This document shows, in pieces, positions 20,646-31,313 of a stretch of DNA of 64,000 nucleotides. The DNA lies in IMG/VR virus record IMGVR_UViG_3300020193_000011, positions 8,502 through 72,501 of that record. One strand, given 5' to 3'. The position numbers and the translations under genes were made by a program. The notes below the pieces were generated by a model. It had not been told where the DNA came from and ran no database searches. It saw only the letters and a list, made by a program, of their open reading frames with translations. The stretch's first letter is position 1. Every line of letters begins with the position of its first letter. Source of the stretch: a virus.

Positions 20646-23600
20646 TTATTCCTCTTCGTAATCTGGTCTTAAATTGTTATACGTGTCCACAACATACGGG
20701 GTCGAACCCAGTAGTCCCATTTGATATTGAGAATATCTACTAATTGGGTACCATAACGGTAAATTCCACGAAGTTTCTTGTGTTGATTCGTAATATACTT
20801 GATTTGTATGTTGATCTTTTTTAAATACTGGGTCTGTAAGGTAATGATTATGTGCCTCAACATCGGTTTGAATTGAATTTAAAACCGGCTCAGAAGAGTT
20901 TGATTGATTGACGTCGTATCTTTCATACCAGTAAACTATATCCCCAACTATAGTAACGGGATTTGTCTGAGGAGCGCTATTAAAGCTACTGTCTACAACT
21001 GTAAACCAATATCCGGGAGTGGCGTCGTTTTGAGCTATATACGGTCCAATTTTAAAGTTACCACTACTGTCTGCTTTGACTTGACCAGATTTTAAATACT
21101 GATTTGGGGTGTCTGAAGAAGTACTGTACGGAAGCTTTAAAGCTTCATAAAGCGAACGAGCTTTTCTCCAATAAACTATTGCGTTGGGTGTTGCGTTTCC
21201 ATAAATATTTTGTTTCTCTTCTCCGTCTGCATTTATGACTTTTTTAGCAACTTCCGCAGAAAGTTTCTTGGTGTTGTCTATTTTTGGCACGACTAAATAC
21301 GAAACAGTTGCTGATTGTTGGTTTTGATTATCCGATAGATAAACATGATTTAAAATTGGTTTTTCGATCGCAGCATTTGTGTACTTAATATACGCTTTTG
21401 AATATCCGTCTGAATTTGTTAGCACAGACGAGGGGGTAGCTTGAGCGCCTGGTGCGTTGATGTTTATTGGCACAGAAGGTTTAGGATTTTCGTTTGCGTC
21501 TTTTGTCCAAATGTTTAAAGCCATAAAATTTTTATTCCCTTGAATGACTTGATTTGGAGAAAGTTGCGCTTCTATTTTTGCAAACGGGTACGACAAATGG
21601 GATAGATAAACGAATCCTTCGTCTAAGGGAGAAAGCATCGGGTTAAGATACATATCCTCAATCAAGTAGTCTTCGTCAAAAACGTTACCCTCATAATATA
21701 CTTTAGTTTCGTAACTATAGTTTGGTGTAGTCAAAAGTTTTACAACCGACCTATAGGAATTGTCCAATGAATTATAATGTTCATTGTCTACGTTGAAAGT
21801 ATTTTTAACCCTATAAGACACTTTGTATTCTTTGCCAACATCAAAGACAGGAGTAGAGGAGTTTGTGTGGTCAATAATATTGGCGTCATATTGTTTTGAA
21901 TCCAAAATTGTTTGCCCAGTAAATTGATCTACAACTTTTAGGTCGAATACATTTGAATAAGCGAGTGATAAATAATTTTGAAAAGTCGGGTTTATATATT
22001 CAACATTATAAGGGCTATAAACCGTTGGGGTGGCTTCGTCTGCAAAAGCCACCTGGGTGTAATTTACTGTGCTTCCAGTAACAGCGTTTGCAACAGTAAC
22101 TATAATTGGAGCGCCTTGTCTGGCGATTGAGTCCAGCACAATTGAGTTAGTATTGAGGGCTTTCTTGAATTTAGGATTGGAATATATATATTTAACTTTC
22201 CCGTTTTGGAAATACCATCCAGTATTTATTGACGGGCTTATATGATATTCAGTTTTTGGGTTTAGATGTGCCTTAAAATAGACGCCTTTAATAATATATT
22301 GATCAGATGATTCATCTAGGTAATTTAGAGACGAATCAATGCCTATATTGAACGTATCATGCCACGGCAAATATTCCACAACAACTTCGTCATTCTCATT
22401 CAACACTTCGATATTATTAATAATTAAATAGTCGCTCGATGCGTAGGCGCCAAGGCCAAAATCTGATCTTTCAAAATCCAATGGTCCAATCACTAGATTG
22501 TATTGCGTATTGAGAAGGTCATAATTTGTCGCTGAATATTCTTGCACTACACCGTTACTGCCAATATAAAAATTAATATTTGATTGATAATCAGCTGTAA
22601 ATGGTTCCCATTTGAGAGAATCAAAAGGATAATCAGAACTGTCACCTGAAGATATTTTCAAATAATCTGGAGTGGCGTTGTATGGAAATTTTATATCCCT
22701 AAAATAATACAGTGGAGTCGAACCGGACCCAGGACCAACCTGGGTGCTATAATAGTTCGGCATTTGTTCCGGTGTTGCAAAATTGGGATTAACAAAACTA
22801 AAAATAATATTTGGACTTGCAGACAAAAGATGATATTCGTTCGTATCTCTATTCAAAGACACGCCGCCGTATCCGGAATAATATCCCGAAGAATGATCTA
22901 CGTCGTATGAATCTTCTACAACATTATCTATATGAACATATAAAGGAGTAGCGTTTTGGGGAATAATAATATTTTTAAGAATGTCTTGAGGCGTAAATAT
23001 TATAGGGCTGGTAGAATCTATTTTGCTGTTTTTATTAATGACAAGACCAAATCTGTCTGATCTTACTTTCGGAGTATTTAAAACTCTTGTTTTTAAGGGA
23101 TCGTATATTTTTGAACCAATTTTTAAACGCGTTGCGTATGGAGAGTCGTTAATTTGAGCTGCTGTTTTTACAATAGTTTTATTGATTGAATCAATTTTTT
23201 GAGTTGGAGTTGCGTCAACGAAACCAATAAACCCATAGTCGCCAGTTGAACCAAGATAGTTAGTGCTATCGACAAAACTAATTGTGGCTTCATTCACGGC
23301 GTAAAGCGGTATTTCGCTAAAAGAATATGATTCAGTTGCGGACACATTAAAGGTGTTGGTATACGGAGTGCCGCCGCTGTTATAATAAATTGATTCTCCT
23401 GTTGTAAATCCCGAAGGATTGAATATCGGTCTGACAATGTATTCTTCGGATGACCCTGGTGCGTGCAAGTTTTTTGTTACATCTTTGTATTGAGCTTTAT
23501 AAACGGTATTGTTGAATACGTCCCCATGCAAACCTAATTTTAAAAATACATCATAATTTACCGTTGCCGCAGAATTGTCTACATATTCTTCCAAATATGA

Positions 23601-25320
23601 CAAATAGCTATCATGTTGAATTTTAATTGGTTCATAAGCGTTTTGATAATCATCGTATTTAATTCCATGAACTTTGATACCAAATGAGTATTGGGCTATG
23701 TCTTTATTAATTTTTTCTAATTTTATTTTAGCGTCTTCAAAATCCCCAACCCCGGGCTGAAAAATATCAATATAAGAACTTGGGGTGGCTGCATCTGTTA
23801 TTTGTGGGATGCACGAAACGCCTTCAGATTTTTGACCAGCGTAGTCCCAATATGCCTCTCCCCATTGAATATAGCCTAAATTTGTTGGATAATTGATATT
23901 GATATAATCAACAAAATCATAAAAACTTTTTGTTGGAATTCCTTGTTTTGAAAAATACTTGGACATGGTATTCATGTCAAATATTTCTATAATTTCCGGT
24001 GTAGCCCCTTGATAATTAGAATCTGGCGTGGCCCCAAACGCCCTCCATATGTCAAGCTCCCTTCTTAATGTAAGCTTCAATCCCTCTTCGTTGATTGCGG
24101 GTGGATTTTTGCTGACATCAAGAATTCTTTTTGCAAAAGAATCATTGGATTCAAGATATAGTCTTTGCAAACCAACTCTAAGCCCAAATTCATCAAAACT
24201 ATTTAAAACCTGAGTTGGGATTGATTTTTGTATAGCGTTGTCAATTGACAATACATTGAATTTTCTCAAAGTAAACAACTGACCTGTTGTAAAATTATAA
24301 AAGAAAACATAATCTGTCGTTCTGTGCTCCAACAATTCTTTCATTGTTGAAACTCTTGCAAGCTCTACGTTATCTCCTAGAACTTTTATAAAAGCTGGGG
24401 CAACCGGCGCACACAAATAAATCCACGCTTTTTCGTTTTTGTCAGCGGAATCAATAAAGGAATCTATTTCAATCCTAGATATAAGTGCGTCGATTTGATC
24501 TAAATCATCTCCCAGAAGAGCGTTGACAAATTTTCCTGCTGTTGTTTGCGGAAGTGCTAATTCTGGCGTTGATCTTTCTAGGGAATCAGAATATATTTTA
24601 GTCCAAGAAGGGAACCTGTCTAGTACGCTTCTTGTGTGATCCGAAATAATTGGATCTATAATATTTTGTATTTGAATTTGTACTAATAGTAAAAAATTAA
24701 TATTACTTAAAGAAGATGAGGAAAAAAAACTGACAATAAACTTAACATATCTTTTAACTCCCTTTAAAAATAAAAGAGAAGTGTTTTGATTTACTGCGGC
24801 AATTTGTTGCCATTCTGACGTTTTTGAATTGGGGTTGTCAGAACATAAAATTTGTATTTCTATTTTTGGAGTTTCTGAACCAGGTAAATTGTTTATTGCG
24901 TGCTTGTAGCCTATTATGTCTGCGCGGCTTGAAGTGTCTACAAATCTATAAAAAGGATTGATTTGATAATTTGGGTCAAGTTTCCAATATGGAGAAGAAT
25001 TATCAAAATCAAATATATAATAATTATCTTGAGCTTCTTGATTGGATTGAAAAATTTGAAAAATTCCGGGAATCCGTATCTAATTTAATTTCTCCATAAT
25101 TTGTTACTTTTTCCGATCCATTTATCGACGGCGTTGCATTTTGTAAAATTTGGGTTCCAACAAAAGTTCTGTCACCAATTTCATTTAAACCGTTTGCTGA
25201 TCTAACAGTTGAGTAATTTGTGTAAAATCTATTTGAATAAATATCAATGATGTTAGAGGTCCAGGTATTGGCACTTATATTAAAGTCATTTTTATTTAAA
25301 GCTAAAAAATAAGTTTTCAT
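20646..25320 (-). CDS. large baseplate wedge-like protein with an Ig-like domain; one gene with a +1 frameshift at CGG (~1557 aa)
   Basis: The 98-aa ORF (ATG 25320) joins at CGG 25066-25068 to a frame that stays open for 217 codons before the track's TTG 24416. FDEFGLRVGLQRLYLESNDSFAKRI resembles wedge (gpI/gp7-like) motifs; KDANENP..TNSDGY is Ig-like. Confidence 0.7.
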
Positions 25321-25335
25321 TTACCTATCCTAAAT

Positions 25336-26607
25336 TTAGTTATCAAGCCAAATTGAATATTCTGAAGTAACCCCATTAACTGGATGAATGAACATTAGGT
25401 GTTGCGACGGTCTGCACATAGAGTTATAAAACTCCTGCGCATAAGTATTTGTGCTTTCCGGAGAACCAGATACTCTTAAGGTTGATGTGCCAATTGTCAT
25501 CTTTGACTGCTGATGATAATGACCCATAAAGACATCTTCAAATTCTTCGGGGATGGCCCCATCTTTCCAGCCCATCACCTTTCTATAGTAAGAGGTGACC
25601 GTATTTGGTGACGGCATTTGATCACCGTGAATAAGAAGACTTTTATATGAACCAATTTGATCAACGGCATACCAGTGTCTTTCGCCTCGACCATCTGGTA
25701 TATTAAAAGTTACTCTTGGTTCATTGTTGAATATAAGACTAATTATTTTATAAAGCAGTCTGTCCATATTTGATTCTGGATCATACATTTTTCTGTTTCG
25801 TCCACCAACAGAACCATGATTTCCTATTACTCCCGTAACATTTATTTTATCAAAAGTTTTTAATGCGGTTATTATAAATTTTGACAAAATTTCTGGTCCG
25901 TTTATCCCTACTTGCCTATAAATACCAGAGTCTAGCAGGTGACTTTGTCCTGGAAAAATTTCTTCACCCTCAACAATATCGCCCAAAAGCCACAAATGAA
26001 GAGTGTCAACAGGATGGTCTGCTCTTTGCATGTCAACTATTTTAAGCATTTTTTCGGTATAAATATCAATTCTTTCAGCTAAAACATCGGAATTATAGTC
26101 GGGGGTTAATTTGCCCAGTTGCCAATCAGAGAACACCGCAACAGCGACCTCTGTGTCGCCGCTCCCACGCTTGATTATCTGTTTTGTTTTGGGGACAATT
26201 ATATTGGCGTTAGCAAAAGCATCATATGCGGCAGCATAAATTGCGTTTATGATTTCAGCTTTTGAGTGCCTATACTTGTCTATTGATCTTGATAATCTTT
26301 TATTTTCAGACCTAAGAAAATCTATTGTATTAGAAGCGATTGTTTGCTCTGGGCGTTGCAATGAATTAATATTGTTATTTAAACCCGTTTGTTCTTCCTC
26401 TATTTCATCAAAAGTATCATAAAAAGATTCTTGCCCTGTTGCAAAATACATAGAGGCTTCATCTTCTTCAATCTCTTTTGTAAAAAAATTATCTGCCATA
26501 ATTAAGCCCGGAACATTCTCGTCTCCGTCAAGCACGCCTCTTGCGTGTCTCATGTTTTTTGCTTTAATTATGTGCGTTTTGGTGACAAGGAAAATCTTGT
26601 CTGACAT
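25336..26607 (-). CDS. calcineurin-like metallophosphoesterase
   Basis: Motifs SDWQLG, LGDIVEG, GNHG, HGD, GHYH in the canonical order. Confidence 0.85.
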   Translation of the reverse strand: MSDKIFLVTKTHIIKAKNMRHARGVLDGDENVPGLIMADNFFTKEIEEDEASMYFATGQESFYDTFDEIEEEQTGLNNNINSLQRPEQTIASNTIDFLRSENKRLSRSIDKYRHSKAEIINAIYAAAYDAFANANIIVPKTKQIIKRGSGDTEVAVAVFSDWQLGKLTPDYNSDVLAERIDIYTEKMLKIVDMQRADHPVDTLHLWLLGDIVEGEEIFPGQSHLLDSGIYRQVGINGPEILSKFIITALKTFDKINVTGVIGNHGSVGGRNRKMYDPESNMDRLLYKIISLIFNNEPRVTFNIPDGRGERHWYAVDQIGSYKSLLIHGDQMPSPNTVTSYYRKVMGWKDGAIPEEFEDVFMGHYHQQSKMTIGTSTLRVSGSPESTNTYAQEFYNSMCRPSQHLMFIHPVNGVTSEYSIWLDN

Positions 26608-26626
26608 ATATACCGCTCTTTCAGTT

Positions 26627-27796
26627 CTAATATCCTGTAGAAGACATTATAACAGAAAAAATATCAACAGTTCCAGCTATCATGTACTGTCTTTCAGATG
26701 CAAGAGTAAATGCGCCTTTTGGAATTTCTTGCCCTCTTGCCGTCAAACTAAGAAGATTCACTGACGTAATAAAATCGGAAGATCCCCTTATCTGTGATTC
26801 AATATCGGAAAATGTCAATGTTCCGCCAATGGTAAATGAATTTAAATATCTTTTGACAAAAATTTTTGCTTGATTTTCAAGAGCAAGTACTGCGGCCGCA
26901 GACAAACCCTGGGGGAGAACAATGCTTGCGGAAACGTTAATCGGCACTCTTTCTGCTATCCTTATATTGAGTTTGATGCCGACTGGTTTTCTTGGCGAAA
27001 TATTGTCTAGCACGTTTTGAACAAAAGACGGGCTAATCGTCTGACTTTCTGGAACAACTATAACATCACAAGATCCCATCCCATAAGATGATTCTCTTAT
27101 TCTCACGTCCCTAACGCCAGGGAGTGCAAGTGTGTTCAATCGCATAGATTCAGCTGTTCCATATGATTTTTCTTTTATGGAAAAAGCGATTCTTCTTCTG
27201 AATGAATCGTCACTTTCCATGCCCGGCATTGCATGAATCTCCTTGGTATTCGTACAAAAAATTATCGAACCATCCAATGAAGAAAAATTATGTTTTGTTA
27301 AAGTATTTTTTGCGGCTGTATAATTTTGTTGGTTAAAAGAAGGAGAAATTCTTCCATATGCCCTGGTGGTGCCCGCAATAATTGTAACCGAATCTACTAG
27401 CTTGTATTGAAATTGTTTAGATGCAAATTCTGTTACGTCGTTATAAATTAAAGTATTTTTTGGAACAACTATATCTGAGCCAGATGGTGCCGTGATGTAA
27501 AACTCAATATTATAACTTAATCTATCCTGTTCTACCTCTGGAGACACCGCCTTTCTTCTGACGCCATAGAGTTCCCCAATAAGATCCAAGGATCTTCCCG
27601 AAGCTGTGGCCATGGAAGTCTGATCAACACTAAATTTTAAAGCCTCATATAAATCGCCTACTTCAACGGCGATTGATTCGGCAAAGGCTCTTGCTATTGA
27701 GCCAGGATACGTGGCGGTAATGCCAGCATTTTTTTCTAATGAGTTCATTATTCTACCCAAGATTTCAGTTTTTGTTTTGCTATACACGATTGGCAT
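26627..27796 (-). CDS. baseplate J-like protein
   Basis: PGSIARAF, TASGRSLDLIGELYGVRRK, GMESDDSFRRRI, GT..S, LPGVRDV, KPVGI. Confidence 0.88.
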   Translation of the reverse strand: MPIVYSKTKTEILGRIMNSLEKNAGITATYPGSIARAFAESIAVEVGDLYEALKFSVDQTSMATASGRSLDLIGELYGVRRKAVSPEVEQDRLSYNIEFYITAPSGSDIVVPKNTLIYNDVTEFASKQFQYKLVDSVTIIAGTTRAYGRISPSFNQQNYTAAKNTLTKHNFSSLDGSIIFCTNTKEIHAMPGMESDDSFRRRIAFSIKEKSYGTAESMRLNTLALPGVRDVRIRESSYGMGSCDVIVVPESQTISPSFVQNVLDNISPRKPVGIKLNIRIAERVPINVSASIVLPQGLSAAAVLALENQAKIFVKRYLNSFTIGGTLTFSDIESQIRGSSDFITSVNLLSLTARGQEIPKGAFTLASERQYMIAGTVDIFSVIMSSTGY

Positions 27797-27809
27797 TGTT
27801 TGCTCCTAT

Positions 27810-28193
27810 TTAAATTTCTTGAGTTATAGAAAGGGTAATTGGCTCTATTGAATTGTCTTCAATATGTACATCAAACCTAATCGCCGTTGGGGAGGTTGGA
27901 ACAGCGTCTATGGAAATCGATCTTCCTTTGAAAATTCCCCCCTGAGTTTCGTTTTCCAAGGCTTGTCTTATTATCCTTTTGCCTATTTCGCCAGTTGTCA
28001 CGCTCTGCGGCATACCTCTAAGCATTGATAGGTCGCAACCAAGCCTTGGGTAAACCGTAAAATCATTTGGTTCTGTCATTAAACGAATAAAAATTTGTTG
28101 CGTGTCTCTTTGCGCTTTGTTTTGAATCAAAGCTATATCTTTGTTGCTAGACAACTTGATATCTCCGTCGTATCCTAAGTGAAAATCAGGCAT
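27810..28193 (-). CDS. gp25/GPW-like baseplate wedge (sheath initiator) protein
   Basis: GDI...DIAL...QQIFIRLMTEPND...YPRLGCDL pattern; size and position before baseplate J. Confidence 0.8.
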   Translation of the reverse strand: MPDFHLGYDGDIKLSSNKDIALIQNKAQRDTQQIFIRLMTEPNDFTVYPRLGCDLSMLRGMPQSVTTGEIGKRIIRQALENETQGGIFKGRSISIDAVPTSPTAIRFDVHIEDNSIEPITLSITQEI

Positions 28194-28882
28194 TATTTGT
28201 CCAAATCATTTTTTATCCATGGAAAATTCTCTAAACTGTCTGGGTTATTTAAATCATTGTTTTCAATTTTATCTAAAGCCTGTTCAAAACTATATCCATT
28301 TAACATTAAATCAATCAATGAAACAACTTCCGAATCACTGTGCGTTTTAGCATAGGCGTTTATTAAATTTTTTTGCTCTAGCGTAAGCCCGTTTGAATCG
28401 GATGTATTTAAAGAATCATTTTTCAACGACAAGCCTAAGCCATATTCACCCATAATAGTAATGGCGCTTTGTTCTTGAGTTTGGGTAAATTGTTCCAAAT
28501 TGTTTAAAAAATGATTCGATTTGTAATATGCCGGATTATTTGAAAAATCGTTTGTTTTTAATAAAGCTGGTTCATTATATACATCCGATGCTGGATTAAA
28601 AGACTTTCCGTTCCACCTTAATCCGTCATCGTCTCGGCAGAAAAATTTAATTGAGTCTGCAATAATAGAAACACTTCTGGTGTTTGGATTTAAAATCAAA
28701 CCTATACCTGGGGCGGCAAAAATCTCTATTTCTCCAGAGTCTGCGATCCTTATGAAACCCTTATTGTCTGGATGGGTTATTCCAACTTCCCTATTGGAAA
28801 ATTCTTTTCTTCTTTTGAGTTCAAAACCCTCATCAAAAACATTTGGTTTTTGCGATATCTCCTCGTTGTTATATTGTGGCAT
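28193..28882 (-). CDS. putative spike-associated baseplate protein (229 aa)
   Basis: Beta-rich N-half (GFIRIADSGEIEIFA); lies between the OB-fold spike gene and the gp25-like gene. Confidence 0.5.
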   Translation of the reverse strand: MPQYNNEEISQKPNVFDEGFELKRRKEFSNREVGITHPDNKGFIRIADSGEIEIFAAPGIGLILNPNTRSVSIIADSIKFFCRDDDGLRWNGKSFNPASDVYNEPALLKTNDFSNNPAYYKSNHFLNNLEQFTQTQEQSAITIMGEYGLGLSLKNDSLNTSDSNGLTLEQKNLINAYAKTHSDSEVVSLIDLMLNGYSFEQALDKIENNDLNNPDSLENFPWIKNDLDK

Positions 28883-28886
28883 GGTG

Positions 28887-29249
28887 TTAGCTCATGTACT
28901 TGGGAACGCCAGTATCTACGGACGTATTTCTTACATTTTTATGTGAGTGAATTTCATTAAAATACATTATAATATACGGACCTTCTTCATGCTGGTCCCT
29001 AAAACCCACAAGACATCTTGTTCCTGGAGAGGGTGCTACCGATTGTATTCCGTATGTAAACGGACACGGAACATTGGGAAGTATGTTTCCCACAACGCTT
29101 GAGTATTTCTCGTCAACCATAACTGTTGCAGTATTGTTGTGAGAATTATAGCCCATAACAGTTCCAGGTCTATTTTTAATTTCTTTAAATTTTGAGTCTT
29201 CAATTTGATCGGTAATTTTTTTATCAAATTTTGGATAATTGATGGGCAT
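28887..29249 (-). CDS. baseplate spike N-terminal OB-fold (gp5/gpV-like) protein
   Basis: PGTVMGYN...ATV...LPNVP...PSPGTRCLVGF...PYI pattern. Confidence 0.7.
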   Translation of the reverse strand: MPINYPKFDKKITDQIEDSKFKEIKNRPGTVMGYNSHNNTATVMVDEKYSSVVGNILPNVPCPFTYGIQSVAPSPGTRCLVGFRDQHEEGPYIIMYFNEIHSHKNVRNTSVDTGVPKYMS

Positions 29250-29263
29250 GACGCTCCTCTTTC

Positions 29264-31312
29264 TTATACATTTTCATCGTAATATTCTCCGTTCATCCAG
29301 TCCTCAATATACGGAAATGGTTTGTCTCCTTTAAATTTATCTCTAATCCATTTTTTTAAATAATCTATTTTGTTGCCATTAGCAGTATATACCTCTGATA
29401 TTACAGAAAAATATACTCTATTAATAAAGCCATAGGTTCCTTTATAGTCACCCCACGGCCCAAAAATATAGCTATCAAACTGTTGATTATTTTTTATTTT
29501 TTGATAAGCGCGTTTATCGTCAGCGCAAACAGCAAGTGCGTAAGCTTGGTTGTATGGAATAAATATTCTTTGATCCACCGTTGATCTGGTAGCTTTGCGT
29601 GTTTCAACTGCGCTTGCAAGCTCAGATGTTGATAGGCCCTCCTGGAGAGAATACGCCAATTTAAAACCCAATACATTCTCATCATTTGGATATTTTAAAA
29701 AAAATGTTTTTGAGCCATGTGCCGCTGGAAGCAAATTGATTTGAAATAAACCAAAAGAAAAATCTTTGCTTTTTCTACTCTCATTCAACTGTCCTGGTCT
29801 AAACTTAGATTCTCTTTCTGCAATTCCAACAAATATTGCAGCGACTTCTGGACTATACAAATTGATTGTAATCAACATTTTGTATATTTCATCTGGGGAA
29901 AGAGCTGCATCTGGTTTACTGAAATAATTTATTTTTAGTTTGTCAAAGTTTGTATCTGAAATTCTGTCCACGCTACCATAAAAATCATTGTTACTTGAAA
30001 GTGGTCGCAATTCTGACTGGGTCAAAAAAGACCCCGCTCTTTTTGCGCTGAAACTTATGTGGATGTGATTCCTGTGGCTTGAGTCGCAAGCAAAATTAAC
30101 GTATGGAGAAAGTCCTTTATATTTTTCTCTTACGGCCGAATTTGCGTCTTCTAAACCTTTTTCTAATACACCCAATTCAGTGGCTAGTTGATCGTGCACT
30201 ACAATCAAATCCGGATGCAGCTCTCTTGGTAATTTTTGAAGCGTAGACAAAAGCAAATCCAAACCTTTTCTATAGGAATCTAAGTTTGTAACTAAATCTG
30301 TTGACGTACTAGCGTCAGTTCCTACCGAGTGTATGTCGTATCCTCTTCCAAACGAATGATCTGAAATGGAATTATTTTCTGCGGTTAGGCCAGAAAAATT
30401 TGGCCCGATTATGCCTCTATCAGTTCCTTGGCCGCCCTTGATATATATTGAATTTGTCAACTGCAACAAAAGCTCAAGAAGAGCTGCGGATACGTGACAA
30501 TTTTTTGTGCCAGTGCCAAGATATTCTTTTGCTAGCGGTATTGGGGCTCCACGGCCGTTATCAAAATAAGTTCCTTCTTGATAAAGCCCAAAACTTAAGC
30601 CACTTAGCTGTTGATGTGCTTTATTTTTGTCAAAATCAATTTGAAACATGTATATGTTTCCGCCAAAATTAGTTTTTTTATTTAATTCTGCTATTTTAGT
30701 CGCGTAAATTTGTTTTTCTGATTCAGTCAAGTTTTCTAATAATGCAATTTGTCTTGAGCCACCATTAAAAGATTCCGCATTTGGTTCTGCGGCGTAACCA
30801 CTGAGGCTATGTGGATATGTTGTACCGTCGCTGCTGCCCACCATGCCACCAGAGCCAGTGTCTAAGGTTGTCGAATTTATAACTGTATCATTCAAGGCTT
30901 TGATCGTCGCCTCAAATCCACTAGGAGCTAGGCCGGTTGTTATAACCGATTGTTTCATTATTTCTGCACGGGCTGCTGCGCCAGTTAAATATTTTGAGTT
31001 GGTTGGATCGTCTGGATCGGGTATCTTAACATCGTCGTCAATCTCCGCACGAGATGCTATGATTGAATGCAAAGCGGATTGTGTTGATTGAGCATAGGCT
31101 GCGGTTACAAAAGCCGGATTCCTAAATAAACCATCCCCTTGCAATAATTTTGCGGGGTCTGCACTCCTAAGCGTTCTATCTTTCATCGGTTGTTTGGACA
31201 TCGTAGTATTTTTAATTACTACTTCTCCGTTGGGATAAAAATGAGAACCAACTTTATCTACGATACTTTTAGTGCTTGATAAATCAGATCCATCAAATTC
31301 AAAATCTGACAT
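29264..31312 (-). CDS. tail-associated lysin: M15-like Zn peptidase plus lytic transglycosylase-like domain
   Basis: SDHSFGRGYDI...HRNHIHISF (H-x6-D, HxH) and IAERESKFRP...SFGLFQIN (ES...GLFQ). Confidence 0.75.
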   Translation of the reverse strand: MSDFEFDGSDLSSTKSIVDKVGSHFYPNGEVVIKNTTMSKQPMKDRTLRSADPAKLLQGDGLFRNPAFVTAAYAQSTQSALHSIIASRAEIDDDVKIPDPDDPTNSKYLTGAAARAEIMKQSVITTGLAPSGFEATIKALNDTVINSTTLDTGSGGMVGSSDGTTYPHSLSGYAAEPNAESFNGGSRQIALLENLTESEKQIYATKIAELNKKTNFGGNIYMFQIDFDKNKAHQQLSGLSFGLYQEGTYFDNGRGAPIPLAKEYLGTGTKNCHVSAALLELLLQLTNSIYIKGGQGTDRGIIGPNFSGLTAENNSISDHSFGRGYDIHSVGTDASTSTDLVTNLDSYRKGLDLLLSTLQKLPRELHPDLIVVHDQLATELGVLEKGLEDANSAVREKYKGLSPYVNFACDSSHRNHIHISFSAKRAGSFLTQSELRPLSSNNDFYGSVDRISDTNFDKLKINYFSKPDAALSPDEIYKMLITINLYSPEVAAIFVGIAERESKFRPGQLNESRKSKDFSFGLFQINLLPAAHGSKTFFLKYPNDENVLGFKLAYSLQEGLSTSELASAVETRKATRSTVDQRIFIPYNQAYALAVCADDKRAYQKIKNNQQFDSYIFGPWGDYKGTYGFINRVYFSVISEVYTANGNKIDYLKKWIRDKFKGDKPFPYIEDWMNGEYYDENV

Positions 31313-31313
31313 T

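Noticed and set aside
24417-25023. Non-coding region, intron or ncRNA in the 600-nt gap
   Set aside because: It is an open frame continuous with the downstream ORF and has normal protein-like composition.
13917-25320. Pseudogene decay as the explanation for the frameshifts
   Set aside because: All breaks are +1 at the same codon, with no premature stops or other lesions over kilobases. Sequencing artefact is still not excluded.
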